Assembly: GCF_964204645.1 (NCBI RefSeq)
Contig: NC_134025.1
Span: forward strand, 24,408,299 to 24,472,298
Source: Tubulanus polymorphus
Lineage: Eukaryota; Animalia; Nemertea
Length of the DNA stretch: 64,000 nt
Direction: 5' to 3'
Shown piece by piece: positions 1-13,284 of the stretch. Every line of letters starts with the position of its first letter. Position 1 is the first letter of the stretch. The position numbers and the translations under genes are program-made. The notes beneath the pieces were generated by a model that did no database searches, had not been told where the DNA came from, and worked only from the letters and a program-made list of their open reading frames with translations.

Positions 1-826
1 ATATACCATTATTATTCAAACTCTATTCACACAGACAATAATCAGAAACAGAAATTAATGTGACGCCTGACAGCATTTTGATTGACAAATACGTTTAAAG
101 AATCTGTTTTCATTCAAAATCCTTTAGATGAAGATACATGTACATTCGTTTTGAGGGGGGGAGAAATTCAAAGATCTGAGGCATCGATGATTTGCCAGGT
201 TTAATAGCATACCCGGTACTTTAAATTCAAAACAAAATGATTTCTTTTTATCGGTGCTGAAAAAAATACAAATATCTTTAAGTCATGGATAAGATAATCA
301 AGTTTCCCATTGACACCTGGACTAATTATAGAGAGGGTCTTGACCACCCCGGCACCTGACTTAGCTGATTAATTGGATGGATTAGTAGCAAAGAAGATAA
401 TTCTAAAAACAATGATGATGACATTTAGGAGCAGAGCTGATCAGCCAATTCATTACAAAGCTCCATTAATTGTCATCAGGGAAGTTCCATAATCTCTGCA
501 TGTAGAAGCATAATCAGTTAAAGTAGTGTGCATTGGTGTGCATGTAATTAATACCTTCAGATGAAGTGTCATCAGATTTTGCTGAAAGGCAAAATTGCTA
601 CATTTTAAATTGGTTTGGTTAATTCTATATAAGGTCACACCGCCCTGATTCTATCGACCACAACAGTCACACACCAAAGGAGGCCTATCAAGATGAAAGC
701 GATGATTTATGAAACTGTTTGAACAGTACTAATCTATGCAATAATGAAATGAACGAAAATATCAAACAGAACATTATAAATTCATGCGAAATGTATATAG
801 CAAAACACACAGCAAAATCTTCATAC

Positions 827-3800
827 CTGAAACTTGTGAAGTATCGCCCTTTATCGTCAATGTCAGAACACCTTCGGCTGTGGAAAAAATCACGGAAAAT
901 ATTCTTTTAACTTTGCATATTTATCGAACAACAGGATTTACCCAGTTATGGCGATAGAAAGAGTTTCCGAAAAAACATTATTCTCACCAAAAGTGTTCGG
1001 AGAACTGCTATAACTTGGTCCCGTTGATTCTTTCATTTTTGTAAGATCAATTTCGTAACGCCATGGATCGACCATTGTGAGTTGTAAAGCGTCGATGACG
1101 AAGTCATGAAGCCAGTTCTTCAATCCTGGAATATCACTGACCTGGAGTGCTTTTAGCACCTTTACAGAAAACCAAATCTTTGGCCTAAAGAAAAGTTTAT
1201 CCACTGAATGCGCTAATAGTTCTCATACCATATTCCAGATTTAAACAGGTTTAGATTTTTGATGCAGTTGAATACAGTTTTTCTATTTGGTTTGATATCA
1301 TACTTACTTTTCTGTGAAAGACACTTGGGCTTTGGCAATGTGAGGAAATGGAATGTTTTGGTTAAAATGTAGCGTAATCTGTAGATGGCCAGATATATTC
1401 AGATTTTCGACGACGATATCAGGACCAGTATTCATCCTGTACAGAAATAGCAATACCTATGAGTTAGAAGACTTCAGCAATAGAAGAAACTGGAAAAATG
1501 CTTGGGTTACAGAAAACAAAATATTGAAACAAATTTACAACACTGCAGCTCGAATCAGTTACTGGTAAATTTCAATGAAAACAATTTCAATGAAAACAAT
1601 TTGAAACTGACATAAGATAAACATAATTCAACAAATTTTTTTGATGCCGTAAAAAACCGTTACAATAATGTTTACATATATTGATACCTATTTGGCTTTA
1701 TCTAAAGGGTTCTGTGTGAGTACCGTAGATGTGCTCTATGTCATCAATATTGGCATTTCAAAACAATCTCAATTGCGAATTTTGGCATTATTTTCTATTA
1801 AACATACTTCATAACTCTTATTTTTGATAAGGGTTTTTAAGGGTTTCTGTGTGAGAACTATGTCATCTATACATCGGGGATACACTGGTTGCCGGCCAAT
1901 TCAATTCAATTATTGATATATAAAAATAAAAAAAACTTAATATTGAGCAATATATGTGTAATTTTTCAAGGCGTCAATTGATGTTCACGTTTGTTTTCTT
2001 TTCAATTTCTTTAAACCTAAAACATCTACCAAAAATTCTATTATACCGAAGAATCAGATACCATTAATCTTCTACGAGACTAAAAATCTGTGCAACAGAA
2101 CAGATGTTATGGCTCCAACCATATTATCAGACTATAAAGTAAATTTAATCAAATTGATCCAAGCAAACAGCATAAATCATTGGCAGTAGCCGACAAATAA
2201 ATTGATACATGTAATTCCATCCAATCATTGATGGATTAAATGTTTCCGAAAATTCATCTCGATGAACTGCAATTCTACTGCCCTTTAGCATCAACACAAA
2301 GGAGGATAAATCATTTGATGCTAGAATGTATACCAGTACATGATACATGATTTTGCAGTATATTCACGTCCTACGGGTGGTATTTCAGCTATATCGTGAT
2401 AACGTATAAGATGAAGAATTTATGAAAATCAATTTACCGTAGGTTTTTTATAGATTACAACATCGGCCTACGTAGCTAACTGTTCTTTCAGAAATTGTTG
2501 CTTTTTCACCGTGAAATTTTGATAACATGGATAAATTGGGATCGATTTTAAACCACATAAAGCAAGTTTTCTTTCCATAGATACAAATGACTGGTCACCA
2601 CTAACCTGGCTAATTTTGTTTTCAGCAGCATCCTAAAATCTTCGCAACAAATCCCAGCTTCGGTATCCAATACAATCTGGTATCTATCCATCTGATGTAG
2701 TTCTTTAGGGGGCTGTCCGATGCTGTACCAGGACGCTTCTTTTCTTCCACCTGGCTGACCATCGGATACCTCAAAAACGCGAATTCGTTCCACATGCGGG
2801 CCGTGGTCACCGAATGTGAATGATTCAACTCTAACATCATCTGAAGTGATATACATGTAATGAGTTATTTGATTGCATTGAGGATAAAATCATAAGAATA
2901 AGCAAGTTAGGGATGTAAAAATTACTCATAAGTCAATTCCAGAATTTCCAATTTTGTTCTAGGCCATATTTTTAGTCCAACCTCATCCAAAATACCTTAC
3001 CAAACCTCGAAAATATGAATCTTGTGGGCAAAAGTGAAATTGTTGTATTGCACGGGTTTTCTAATATCCAAAGCTTGATTGATATAAATATCTTAGCCGG
3101 GACATACTGGAAATCATTGTAATAAATGGGTTTCGTCTTAAACAGAAGCTCAACTGATCAACCAAGCAGATTTGTACTTGACAAAATCCACAATAATCGA
3201 GCAAAAGAATACAAATACCTAGAATAGAAGGCTTGAATTGTTTTAATATGGGATTTATGCGGCGTTTGACGAATTCCGATAATCCAGGAGTACCGAACAC
3301 ACACCTGAAAAAAAAAGAGAATTTGTCGGTATCGAATGGACACGATTTTAGACAGATGGATATCAACTATAATCACTGATAATTGAATGTACATCAGTTT
3401 ATATCAATTGATAACAGACACCACAGGACAGACTGATTTCATTATAACCCAGGTAATTCGAGGTACCATATTCAGAGTTCTTGGCATTTCATTGCGCATC
3501 AAAATGTACTAATGAAATGTGACATCTACGTATAACCAGCAAGAAAATACTTCCCCTAATAAAGGGAATATGTTCTGAAGAATGAATTAAATCACCAGTA
3601 CAGCTGACTATTTTATGTCTTTCAACCTATCTATTACAGGTTCTATCTATAACAATTACAAGCTGAATCCACTTTATATGGGTACCGGGGTATTTCTTGT
3701 CAGAACAAACTACTATCAATGCGCAAACACATTTGGCAGGCCTCTACGGAAAGTTTTAACCACTATATAACTCTGCTGGTGCAGATTGAAAGAAGAGCTG

Positions 3801-4978
3801 CACTGCGTAATTAATAGATATATAGATGACCTCGAAATTAGAAGCATTTCCTTTTATCAAATGAGATGATATATTAGATAGATAAGTGTCAGGCAAAATG
3901 TGTAATTACATCGCACAAATCGTATAAAAGGCGTATTGACATGGCTTTCTTTTTTTTCCATGTATCTATTTATTCAACCTTTCCGGTGGCTTTTCAGTTT
4001 GTTCACGGAGTTCATCACTCGGAGAATTAGTGTCACCAGTGAATACTAATTAAACACGATCTGACGAAAGTCTTATTTTATCGGGATAACTTTTATCGGG
4101 ATAAGAACGCGCAGACATTTCCCCAATAATCACGCAGAACATATTGTTAGACCAAATTCGACATCCGATAACCATATTGTCATAACATGAGTTGCTAATT
4201 TGCTTCGGGGAACAAATATCAGTCTTACAGAACTAGCCACAGTAAGCCTCGCCTAACACGTACAAACTGGGACTTTCAAAATCGGTCCGAGTAAACAAAG
4301 TCCGAGTTAAGGATAGGAACATACGCTAGGAAGTCAGAAAAATTATTTAATTTTGTCCAAGTTAGTCGAAGTCCAAGTTCGTCATGACCGAGTAAGGCAA
4401 GGTTTACTTAATCTACCAAACATCCACCCCTAGGGCCAGACTACATCACTGAATTGTTCTCGCAATCATTTTTATAATTTTCATTAAAATCAATGTCTTA
4501 CATTGGGCTGTGAAAACCAGCATTCAGAGATCTGCTAGTAAACACAAGGTAGCGTAAACAGTTAAACTGTCATTCAGTCTAAAATGAATTGAACTTACCA
4601 TCGAGAAATGATGAAATTCAACCATTCGGCCGTTTCACTGCCACGCATCGCCCTTTTCCGATGCACGAGCAAGTGCTCGTTGTACAAGTGCTGGTCGATG
4701 AGCTGCGTTACTTTCGTACGCCAAACGGCGAACATGATGACAAAAACTATCAACAACCATGCAAACGACAGTCCCCAGAGTCCGACGACCCACGCCAGTG
4801 ACACGGCGCTGATAACAAACATATACAGATAGAGCAGATGATTTTCACGCGCACATCTCTTACTCCAGAAAGTGTCGACGTCGACATTTTTTACGGTGAT
4901 TGCCTGATCGACACTGCTGCCCTGACGACGAAGTTTGGGTTTGTTCGTTGTCGGCCCGTTCGGCATTGGTTCTGACAT
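827..4978 (-). CDS. Extended-synaptotagmin/tricalbin-like protein (N-terminal hydrophobic hairpin, SMP domain, start of C2 domain); 5' part only, continues off the window's left edge
   Basis: Frame-consistent GT-AG exons 4978-4599, 3304-3219, 2840-2606, 1436-1308, 1184-988, 877-827. Long hydrophobic segment (LLYLYMFVISAVSLAWVVGLWGLSFAWLLIVFVIMF), SMP motifs ETAEWLNFIISRWC, FTFGDHGP, PFPHIAKAQVSFTEKPKIWF, DIPGLKNWL, and C2 entry AEGVLTLTI. Confidence 0.85.
1690..1915 (+). repeat. Interspersed repeat copy with (AATTC)n tail, related to 40300-40565
   Basis: Shared blocks ctaYgtcatcaataYtggcRtttSaaaa...caattgcg and actggttgccg...aattcaattcaa at both loci. Confidence 0.6.
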
Positions 4979-6840
4979 TTTTTACGCTTTAGACACCGTC
5001 ACGAAGCCATTGAACTAGAAAATTCAGTCCCATCTGTAAAAAAGAGCACAAAATTTTGAATTTACCAGATTTTATTCTAAGCCTGATGAAGGCTGTCCTG
5101 AAAACTGAAGATCTGCTGGAAATTACATAAAGAATTTAAGCGTATTTCCTACGCTGGTAATTTGTAAGGATCCAGGGTTCGAATTTACTATCAAACTTGC
5201 TGTGAATGGCCGAGGCAATCTACAGCAAGTGCCCATCTTGAAAAACAATACCCGGTTATATGATCCATGAACATTGAAAACTAACATGAGGTTCAATGTC
5301 AATTGGTTACTTGACTTTTGAATGTACTTGACATTTGAATGTATATCAATATACGTATCAATTATAATATTATCTATAAAATTCGTAAAAATTACACACT
5401 AATAATTAAATTACTAGAGGGGGTCATACATAAGAATTAATAATCATTGGTTAGGATCCCCTAGGCCTAGTCTGAATTACAAAAGATCACCTTCCAGGGA
5501 CTATCCCTTAGCCTAATTATATGAGTAGGCCTATATATTAATATATTATTGGGGCCAGCCCAGTAATTAACAGGCTGTCTTGATATTGTTGAAATTTATG
5601 CAATGAACCAGTACACCAGTGAATTAATATAGGCACAGCTGTGCCTGAACATGCAGTTATGATAAATACTAATTGATATGTTAAAAGGTTTGTGACTTTC
5701 ACTGAGTTTTATAACACAAATATTTTTTAATGACACTAATAATACCATATATAACTGGTTTTCTTTATGATACATTTATTTTTTTTCAGGTACCATAGCT
5801 GAGCATGAAGGATATTATCAAATGGAAAACATCAATGGTATTTATAGGCCTCTAGCCAAATACCAGTACCCGGACCTTATCTATACACAGTTAAGCTGCA
5901 GTTTGCTTAAAATACCTGGACTATACGTAAAACCTAATAAACCATACCATACCAGGCCTAGAATTTATTGTCCCATTAATTTCTACTGCCTGCCTATACG
6001 GTAGGCCCTACACTTTTTTAAAAATAAAGAACTGCAGGCCATTTCGGATCCAGCCTACTGCCGTTACTGCACGAGTGGTACTCTTTGATTTTTCAAGAAC
6101 AATTTTTTTTCGAAACATCAAATGCCGGAGCAGATTTATTTTCAAAGTATTTTGGAAATGTCATGCAGAGTGGAAAATTAAATTCAATGTCCCTACAAAT
6201 GCTCAGAAAGCATCTAGTAGAGGTGATAAAATTCAAAAAATTTTTGGGGAGGACCCCCACACCCACCTTGTTTATGGTCCAGTGATTATGCACCTGAACT
6301 GCTGTGCTGTTTCAGTAGGGTTTCTGTGGTGTGCACTCGTGCAGTGTGTGGAGGACAGCTAATCAATGTACTATGTAGAAGCAACCTAAAATTTACAGCA
6401 TAACAATTTTTCATTACCTGTCTACTAAGCTGAATTTCAATAGTCACAGTGCGAATTATACCTAGACGTGTTTGTGTATACTGTCATAGAGTATATAATC
6501 CATATGTGTTACTGTTTTCATTGCTGTCAATTTATTATTCCTACTGACATTTAATCGGTAGTTCACCAATTTCACTGGAGATGGCAGCAGCTCCTGGGAC
6601 TAAACAAGAGGGGGTGTTGCGCAACTGTCTAAGGAAATGAAAAACCTATCATTTTCAAAGGTTTTGAAAATATATATCATCTATAAACAGTTCAGATGAT
6701 GGATATCGGTACCGTATCTCAAATATTTGCGTAGATAATGAGAATTTTTAACTAACAACTACACCGGTCTCATTTCACACCGCAGTGCGGGATTGTATCC
6801 ATAGGTGCTGCCACTCATGGGAATATTGTGAACTAATCAT

Positions 6841-6900
6841 CTTGGATTAGCCAATCAAATTACGCGTAACGAAATTCAAACGAAACACGGAAGTGAATTT
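6841..6900 (+). promoter_or_regulatory. NUSAP1 proximal promoter: CCAAT box, ACGCGT, CHR-like element, ETS site
   Basis: CCAAT 6851-6855, ACGCGT 6862-6867, TTCAAA (reverse TTTGAA) 6875-6880, CGGAAGTG 6888-6895, all within 85 bp of the ATG at 6933. Confidence 0.6.
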
Positions 6901-6932
6901 ATTTTGCAGCGATTGAAATCGTATATTTATGT

Positions 6933-9900
6933 ATGATGATGGATGATTTAGCCCTCAAAACCATGAAATATGCAGATTTACAAAAACTTGCCAAAAAGTT
7001 GGGAGTTCGAGCAAACATGAAGGTAGCGACCCAATGTTTAAATTTTAAGCAAAAAAAGAGAGATGAGAAAATAAAGAGTTGCAATTGCATCTTTCTTCTT
7101 TTCTTCTCACTCACATCACACACACTCGGCTCCACTCTCTGCTGGACGGTCTCACCCCACTCGTCTACTTGGCTCACCACATCATCATTAGTCAGTTGGC
7201 TAAAAGAAATTCCAGAATGTATCATCCTGATTTTAACTTTGTACCCTTCTCCCCATTCCTTATCTCATCTTGTAGTATGTTGGAACTGTCAAACTGTCAG
7301 TTTTAATAAATGACACTTAACTGACACATTTGACAGTTCCAAAATGCCTGTGAGAAGTAATGACGTGTAGGCCTATTTAGGCCTAGAAGCCAAAACAGCC
7401 TTTTTACACCCCCCCCCCCGCCTTGCCCTTTCATTCCAACGCTTGTAAGTAATTGTTAGTGAAGATTTGTGATCCAGCAAAGAGGACGGATAGGCTAAGT
7501 GGTGGTCATCCCCCTGGTCAACCACGAGTGCTATTAAGGAGGATCCACTCTTCTTTACAATGCCATTGGTGGATGGTGGGTGGTTGTGCGTGTCACTAAA
7601 CATTGACTATGTGATATATTTTCTAGGCTGATCATCTGATTAAAGCCATCATGGAAGCGCAAACAATACACACAAGCGATGATGACATTGAGCAGGTAGG
7701 TCCCATTAACTTACTGAAATACGGATATATATGTGTGGTACGCCTATGATTCTATATCGATCTTGATTTCTCAAGGCGGCTTTTATCATTTTACTTTGGA
7801 AACATTGACTTTAGGCTTAATTGTTAATGTCAATACCTTCAATATTTCGTATCTTTAAAACAAAATTGATCATTCAATAGGAGGATGCTGTAGGCTTAGA
7901 AGAGAATGTGGTGAAAAAAGATGCTAAGGAATTAAATGGAAAGGAACTTGCTCGGGTCAACAGTCGTAAAAACAGACGTGGGAGAAACAAGAGCAAAGCA
8001 GAAGATAGTATTGATGATACTAATAGTGAGAATGTGATGACATCGGATGAATCTGAGAAAGAAGAGAAACCTATTGTTAGAAGGGGACGCAAAAATAGAT
8101 CAAAACGGAATGAATCTAAAGCTGAGGTCCGTGATAAGGATGTTGGCTTGGTGACATCGGATGAATCTGATACTGATCAAAAGGTTTGAATTTAATTGTT
8201 TTCTTTCTATAAAGACTTAGAAATTCTGGGTCAGTTAAAACTTTATGATGACAAAACTTTTGGACAAAATGCTCTAGTTTGACTTCCTTAACCCATTAGA
8301 TTTTAAGAAAATTGAATGTCATGTTTAACTTTGGACATCTTTAAGCTTCTTATTCAAGAAATCCGTTTTTACTTCAGCAGTTGAAGAACAGCCAAAGAAA
8401 GTATTTCAATGATGCTGAAAAGAAAATTACACGCAACAAAACGTCTGACTCGGTAGAAACCGCTGGAAACTCTGATTGTGAAATGCAGTATAAGCCCGAG
8501 CATGCTGAACAACTTGAATCTGATAGTTCTAAGATTAAAACGCCAGAATCTTCGGCAAGCAACAGTTGTTCAGATATGGAAGCATCGCTGCAGAAATCTA
8601 GCGAAAAGGACAAGCAAATAACAAACTCATCGGCAGATATGAAAATAACAGAAAGAAAAGGAAGATCGAGTAAGAGATGTGATGTTTCTCCAATAAATGA
8701 ATCAACTAGCCTCAGAAGAGGTCGATCCGGCAGTCGAAAAGCTGGTGATGTAAATGCTAAGAATGTCTCAAAGCAGAAAAAGTCAGCTAGTCCGATAGAT
8801 AAACGACGTAAGTCTGCGATTTCGATAGTGGAAAACATTCTGTCGAGAAGGGGACATTCGAATGATGGTGTCAGATCAGCTGATAATACTAATCTAAAAA
8901 CACCATTGAACAAAACTTCATCGAGTCAAAGACGATCAGTTATACTGTCCGCTTGTGTCTCTCGTCAACGTCTATCCATTATGGGCAGACGATCGAAATC
9001 GAAAACACTGATCTGTCGAGTGCGTGGCGAAACGACAGATGAACAACTTGATATAACTGCCAAATCCGAGAAAGTTGAGGAAACTGCATCGAAAAGTAAA
9101 GATGAAACAATTGAGGAAAAAACTCGGGAGACTGTGCCTGATGTACCGGTCACTGAGGATATAGTTATGGCGATGAAAGGAACTGAAAATGAAATGAAGG
9201 AAACGTTAATGGCAGCGCTAGAGAAAAAAGTTCAAATCATGAACAGTGAGTTTTATTGCAGAAAACTGGATTTCCCTAATTATTATTATCTGACCCCTGG
9301 AGGCAGAAAATATGTTTAAGTCCTTCTTTTACTGCCCTGGCTGAGGGATAGAATGTTGTTGTCTCATTTGAAGAATTTAAATGGTTTATCTGTTCTTGTT
9401 TTAGAAGCTGAACAGCCTACAACGGACAAGTCGAACATTCCCAGATTTTCAGCATTTTTGGCGAAAAACAGAGAAAGACAAAAAAAGCCTGTCACTCCGG
9501 GTAAAAGATACAACATTATGAAATTTGGATTTCATTTCATGATCTGTGCTGTAGAAATGTATGTCTATTTCAGGAAATAAAGATTGGGCGAAAATTCATC
9601 AGCGAAACTTCAACAAAATGGAGTCGATTGATACATATTTGGCGAACAAACGAAAGCGAACGGAATCGCAAACGCAGTCGTTAAAACGTGCCAAGATCGT
9701 GACCGAGTCTGCTCGAGCTACTGTCGAACGGCTGAAAAATTTCAAGACACCAACACACGTAAATAAAGTAAGTTTCTACTGTAGGATATTACTTCTCCGC
9801 AGGGAGACAGGACTCACGTTTAGTTAGAAATATATGCAGGGGTTGTATATTGGAACCTCATTACTACAAACTTCACGGTACCTTAAAATCTGTTCATTAT

Positions 9901-11284
9901 GACCCATAGTTCATTAAGATCATGTATTAGAATAATTGAATTGTCTTAACGGTACTTGGGACAAGATCCTATACTTGTAATATCCAATGAACCAGAATTA
10001 TATCCGAGTTCATTATAATGAAGTTCCGCTGTATGTAAAAAAAATCATGGATGCTTATCTAATCTGTAAAGCGCTTGACTGGATTTGATACTACATTGGA
10101 ACCTTGTTATAACGAACTTGGATACAACAATTTACCAGATATAACAAATATAGTATTTCATCCCAAGTAAGAAAATTCAATTAATTTCATACTGGATATA
10201 ACGAACTATTGATTATAACGAAGATGATTTCCGGTCCCGTGAAGTTCGTTGTATGTAACAAGGTTCCACTGAATATAGGCGTCATCATCATAAGCATTGT
10301 CTAAATGGCCATTAGTAGAAACCATAGTTCCTTGTACTATTTACAGAAAATACCAAAAATAGTAAAACCAGTCAGTGTGTCACGATCAGCCACTTGTTTT
10401 ACGAATCAGAATCTTACCATGAATGCCACATTTGGGTCGACTGTTTCTAAGAAAACTGGAAATTCAGTCGTCGGTTCTGCGCGAAAATCTACAACTGCTC
10501 CTATAAGTAAGTATCTGTAACAGCAGGGTCACTTTCATTCAAAAAAATTTTTTTTTTTGAAGCTAAAGCTCTAGTGCCTTTCACAAGACGCTTCATTCTT
10601 ATTGCAAATATGGTTTTCAGCGCCATTTCAATTTTCTGCGACTCCAAATGCAGCAGTTAATAAAACAGTCGGAAGTACATCGAAGGCATTCGATTTAAAG
10701 GCGAGCCTTTCAAAACCATTGACTTGGAAACCATACACAGGAAAACTGAAACCATTGGACGTGAACTCATCTGTGCCTAGTAAAGCAAAAAATCGACTTG
10801 ATCTGGTAAAGAAGAAACCAACACTCAAAACCCGGTGAGCTGTTCAATTATTGATTTTTCTCATTGAATAAATCTCATTCTATAAATCTCTACTTATAAG
10901 AGGTGTATCAAATTGTTTTTGATTCATTCAATATTCAAAGTAGTAAAACGTTTCACTGGTTAGGTATGTCAAGGTGTAACTAAAAGTTATTTGTATAAGA
11001 ATGTTAATCCATATCTCATTGGACCAATCTTTTTAAGAAATTCATGGATAGCAGATGATCCAAAGTCCTTCAAATCATTATCATTGTCTCTGATGATGGG
11101 ATATGTAGATTATAGTTAATTTAACTGTAATTTACATATCCCTTATAATAGCCATTTTAAATATCAAAAATAGAAAATTTTGGTTCATTATTTTTGCAGA
11201 GAAGAACGTCGTCAGGATCATGTATCCATGAGGGCCTCGAAAAAGAATGACAGTCTGATGAAACGACGAGGAATGGTGTCATAA
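6933..11284 (+). CDS. NUSAP1: Nucleolar and spindle-associated protein 1
   Basis: Exons 6933-7022, 7627-7695, 7881-8183, 8378-9245, 9405-9500, 9574-9767, 10347-10506, 10621-10834, 11200-11284 splice in frame. SAP-like N-terminus MKYADLQKLAKKLGVRANMKADHLIKAI, DWAKIHQRNFNKMESIDTYLANKRKR, and C-terminal FDLKASLSKPLTWKPYTGKLKP...REERR...RRG are characteristic NUSAP motifs. Confidence 0.93.
9846..10272. mobile_element. Two adjacent Tc1/mariner-type MITEs (about 9846-10033 and 10093-10272) in NUSAP1 intron 6
   Basis: Each has degenerate TIRs of the form cattggaaccttgttataacgaac ... gttcgttgtatgtaacaaggttccactg, mostly flanked by TA. A further decayed copy appears near 11520-11700. Confidence 0.7.
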
Positions 11285-12093
11285 TAGATGTCTGAATTGC
11301 TGAACTTGAACTCAAAATACGTGCAGTAAATTTGGCTGAATTACAAATTCATATAAATTCTTGACACTTATAATATACTTTGATATTTACCGGTATCTTT
11401 TGAGCTCAAAATATGACGGATTTTCAGTGTTTTAGAGGCTTACATCATTTGCACTGAATTGTTCTTACAGGTATGCGGTATGATTTTTCCTCTGGCATTT
11501 TAACCATTGGCATTATTACCTGGATTCGTTCTTACAATGTAACTTTCGTTATAACGAATTTCGGAATTGCTACAATATTTTCCGTACTGGTAACATCCAG
11601 TATGAAATTAGTAGAATATTCTTATCAGTCGAACTTTTGATTTGTTGTATCTGCTGATAGATTATATCCAAATTCGTTATAGCAAGACTCAAAGGTATAT
11701 CGTATAATTTTAGTTCATAATCTTTAAGAAAACATTTTACTGGGGTAGGATTGTATGAACATCATTGTTTTAGCATCGGAAAGGCTTCTGTACATATGGG
11801 TAATATTTAATTGTTGCAGACCTGTGCTTTGGTAAATATTTGTATACTCGACAGATTAGTCAAATTATTTTACATTACGCTTATAGAAATTATTTCGCGA
11901 AGCAATAAGCTGAATTTGTAATACATGTACCTTGTTTCTCATAATTGGTTAAAACACATTTGTAAACTGCAATAGAATTTGTAATTGGTTAATTTCTATA
12001 ACTAATACTAATGGGTTTGCTATCGTTAGTTTGATTATTATTTAAAAAAAGATATACATGTATCTTGTTAAATCAAGTTTTGTGAATTTGTAC

Positions 12094-13190
12094 TTTTTAG
12101 CCCACTTGGGACTTTAGTCCCAGCGGGCTATTGCGTTCACTTTTCGTCCGTCGTCCGTCCGTCCGTCCGTCCGTCCGTAGACGGAATCCAGTTATTTTGG
12201 GAAGTTTTGAAGACGCTTCAAGGTAATGTCTTGATATTTGGGTTACACATGTATCTACCCTAGACACATCTTCAGCCCAAAAACTGGCCCTGTCAGAATC
12301 AAGATGGCCGACTGGCAGCCATTGTTGTTCGTCAAAATCAGCACTTTTTACACATTTTTGAACTTTTTGAGGGAAATTTTGAAGACGCTTTGATCAATTA
12401 CCTTGATCTTTCGGATATATGTGAATCCCCCCAGGGCCCATCAACATAACAAAAATTGGGTCGGTCGGACTCAAGATGGCCGTCCTATGACCTTTTTAGT
12501 GCCCAAAAATGTTAATTTTGGCCCAAATTCTGAGTCCTGTAGCTTCCTACTGGTTTGCCATTTCTCATTACAATTTTTGATGGGTATTCTTTGGAAAGGG
12601 ATGTTTTATACCTGAGACAGGTATTTTTCATCGGCCAATTATGACGCAATTGGTGGCCATCTTGGTGTCACCAGTACTCATTCGTAAGTGGGAAAAAGTT
12701 TTTCCACATTATATTGATACCTAAGCGTATTTTGCTACCACAATCAATTAGAAAGTTGTAGCTCATAACGTGTTCTATGATTGTGGTGAGTTTCAAGGTA
12801 ATTGGATTTCGTATATGGCCACCAGGGGTCGTTGAATAATACAATATCTTAGCATTTCTTTATTATATTCGTACCTATGCATATTTTGTAACCACAATCA
12901 ATTGGAAAGTTGTAGCTCATGACATCATCTATGATTGTTGCGACTTTTAAGGACATAAGTTTTTAGTAGAATAACTTAGTATTTCCTTATTATATTGGTA
13001 CCTAGGCATATTTTGTTACCATGATCAATTGCAAAGTTGTAGTTCATGACATGTTCTATGATTGTGGTGAGTTTCAAGGTCATTGGTTTTTGTAAATGGT
13101 CACCAGGGGGCGTTGAATGTTGAAATTGTTAGATTGTTGTGCATTTGAAACCACTTCCCAAGTGGGCATGGTGTCCCTGGACCCCTAGTT
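12094..13190 (+). mobile_element. Helentron-associated non-autonomous element (HINE/DINE-1-like) with internal tandem repeats
   Basis: Starts in a T run; subterminal inverted repeats cccacttggga (12101-12111) and tcccaagtggg (13156-13166); 5' hairpin 12100-12128; (GTCC)n microsatellite 12145-12178; three internal 130-150 bp repeats at about 12710, 12863, 12990; 3' short stem-loop ending ctagtt. Confidence 0.8.
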
Positions 13191-13284
13191 CCTATATGCA
13201 AATCATCTTTTGTGGGCAATAAAATATGAATGAATGAATGAATGAATATAGGATATATTAAAGGTCGACTTTCAATATTTTCAA

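Noticed and set aside
8374-8913. 179 aa minus-strand ORF
   Set aside because: Antisense shadow of the large low-complexity NUSAP1 exon 4.
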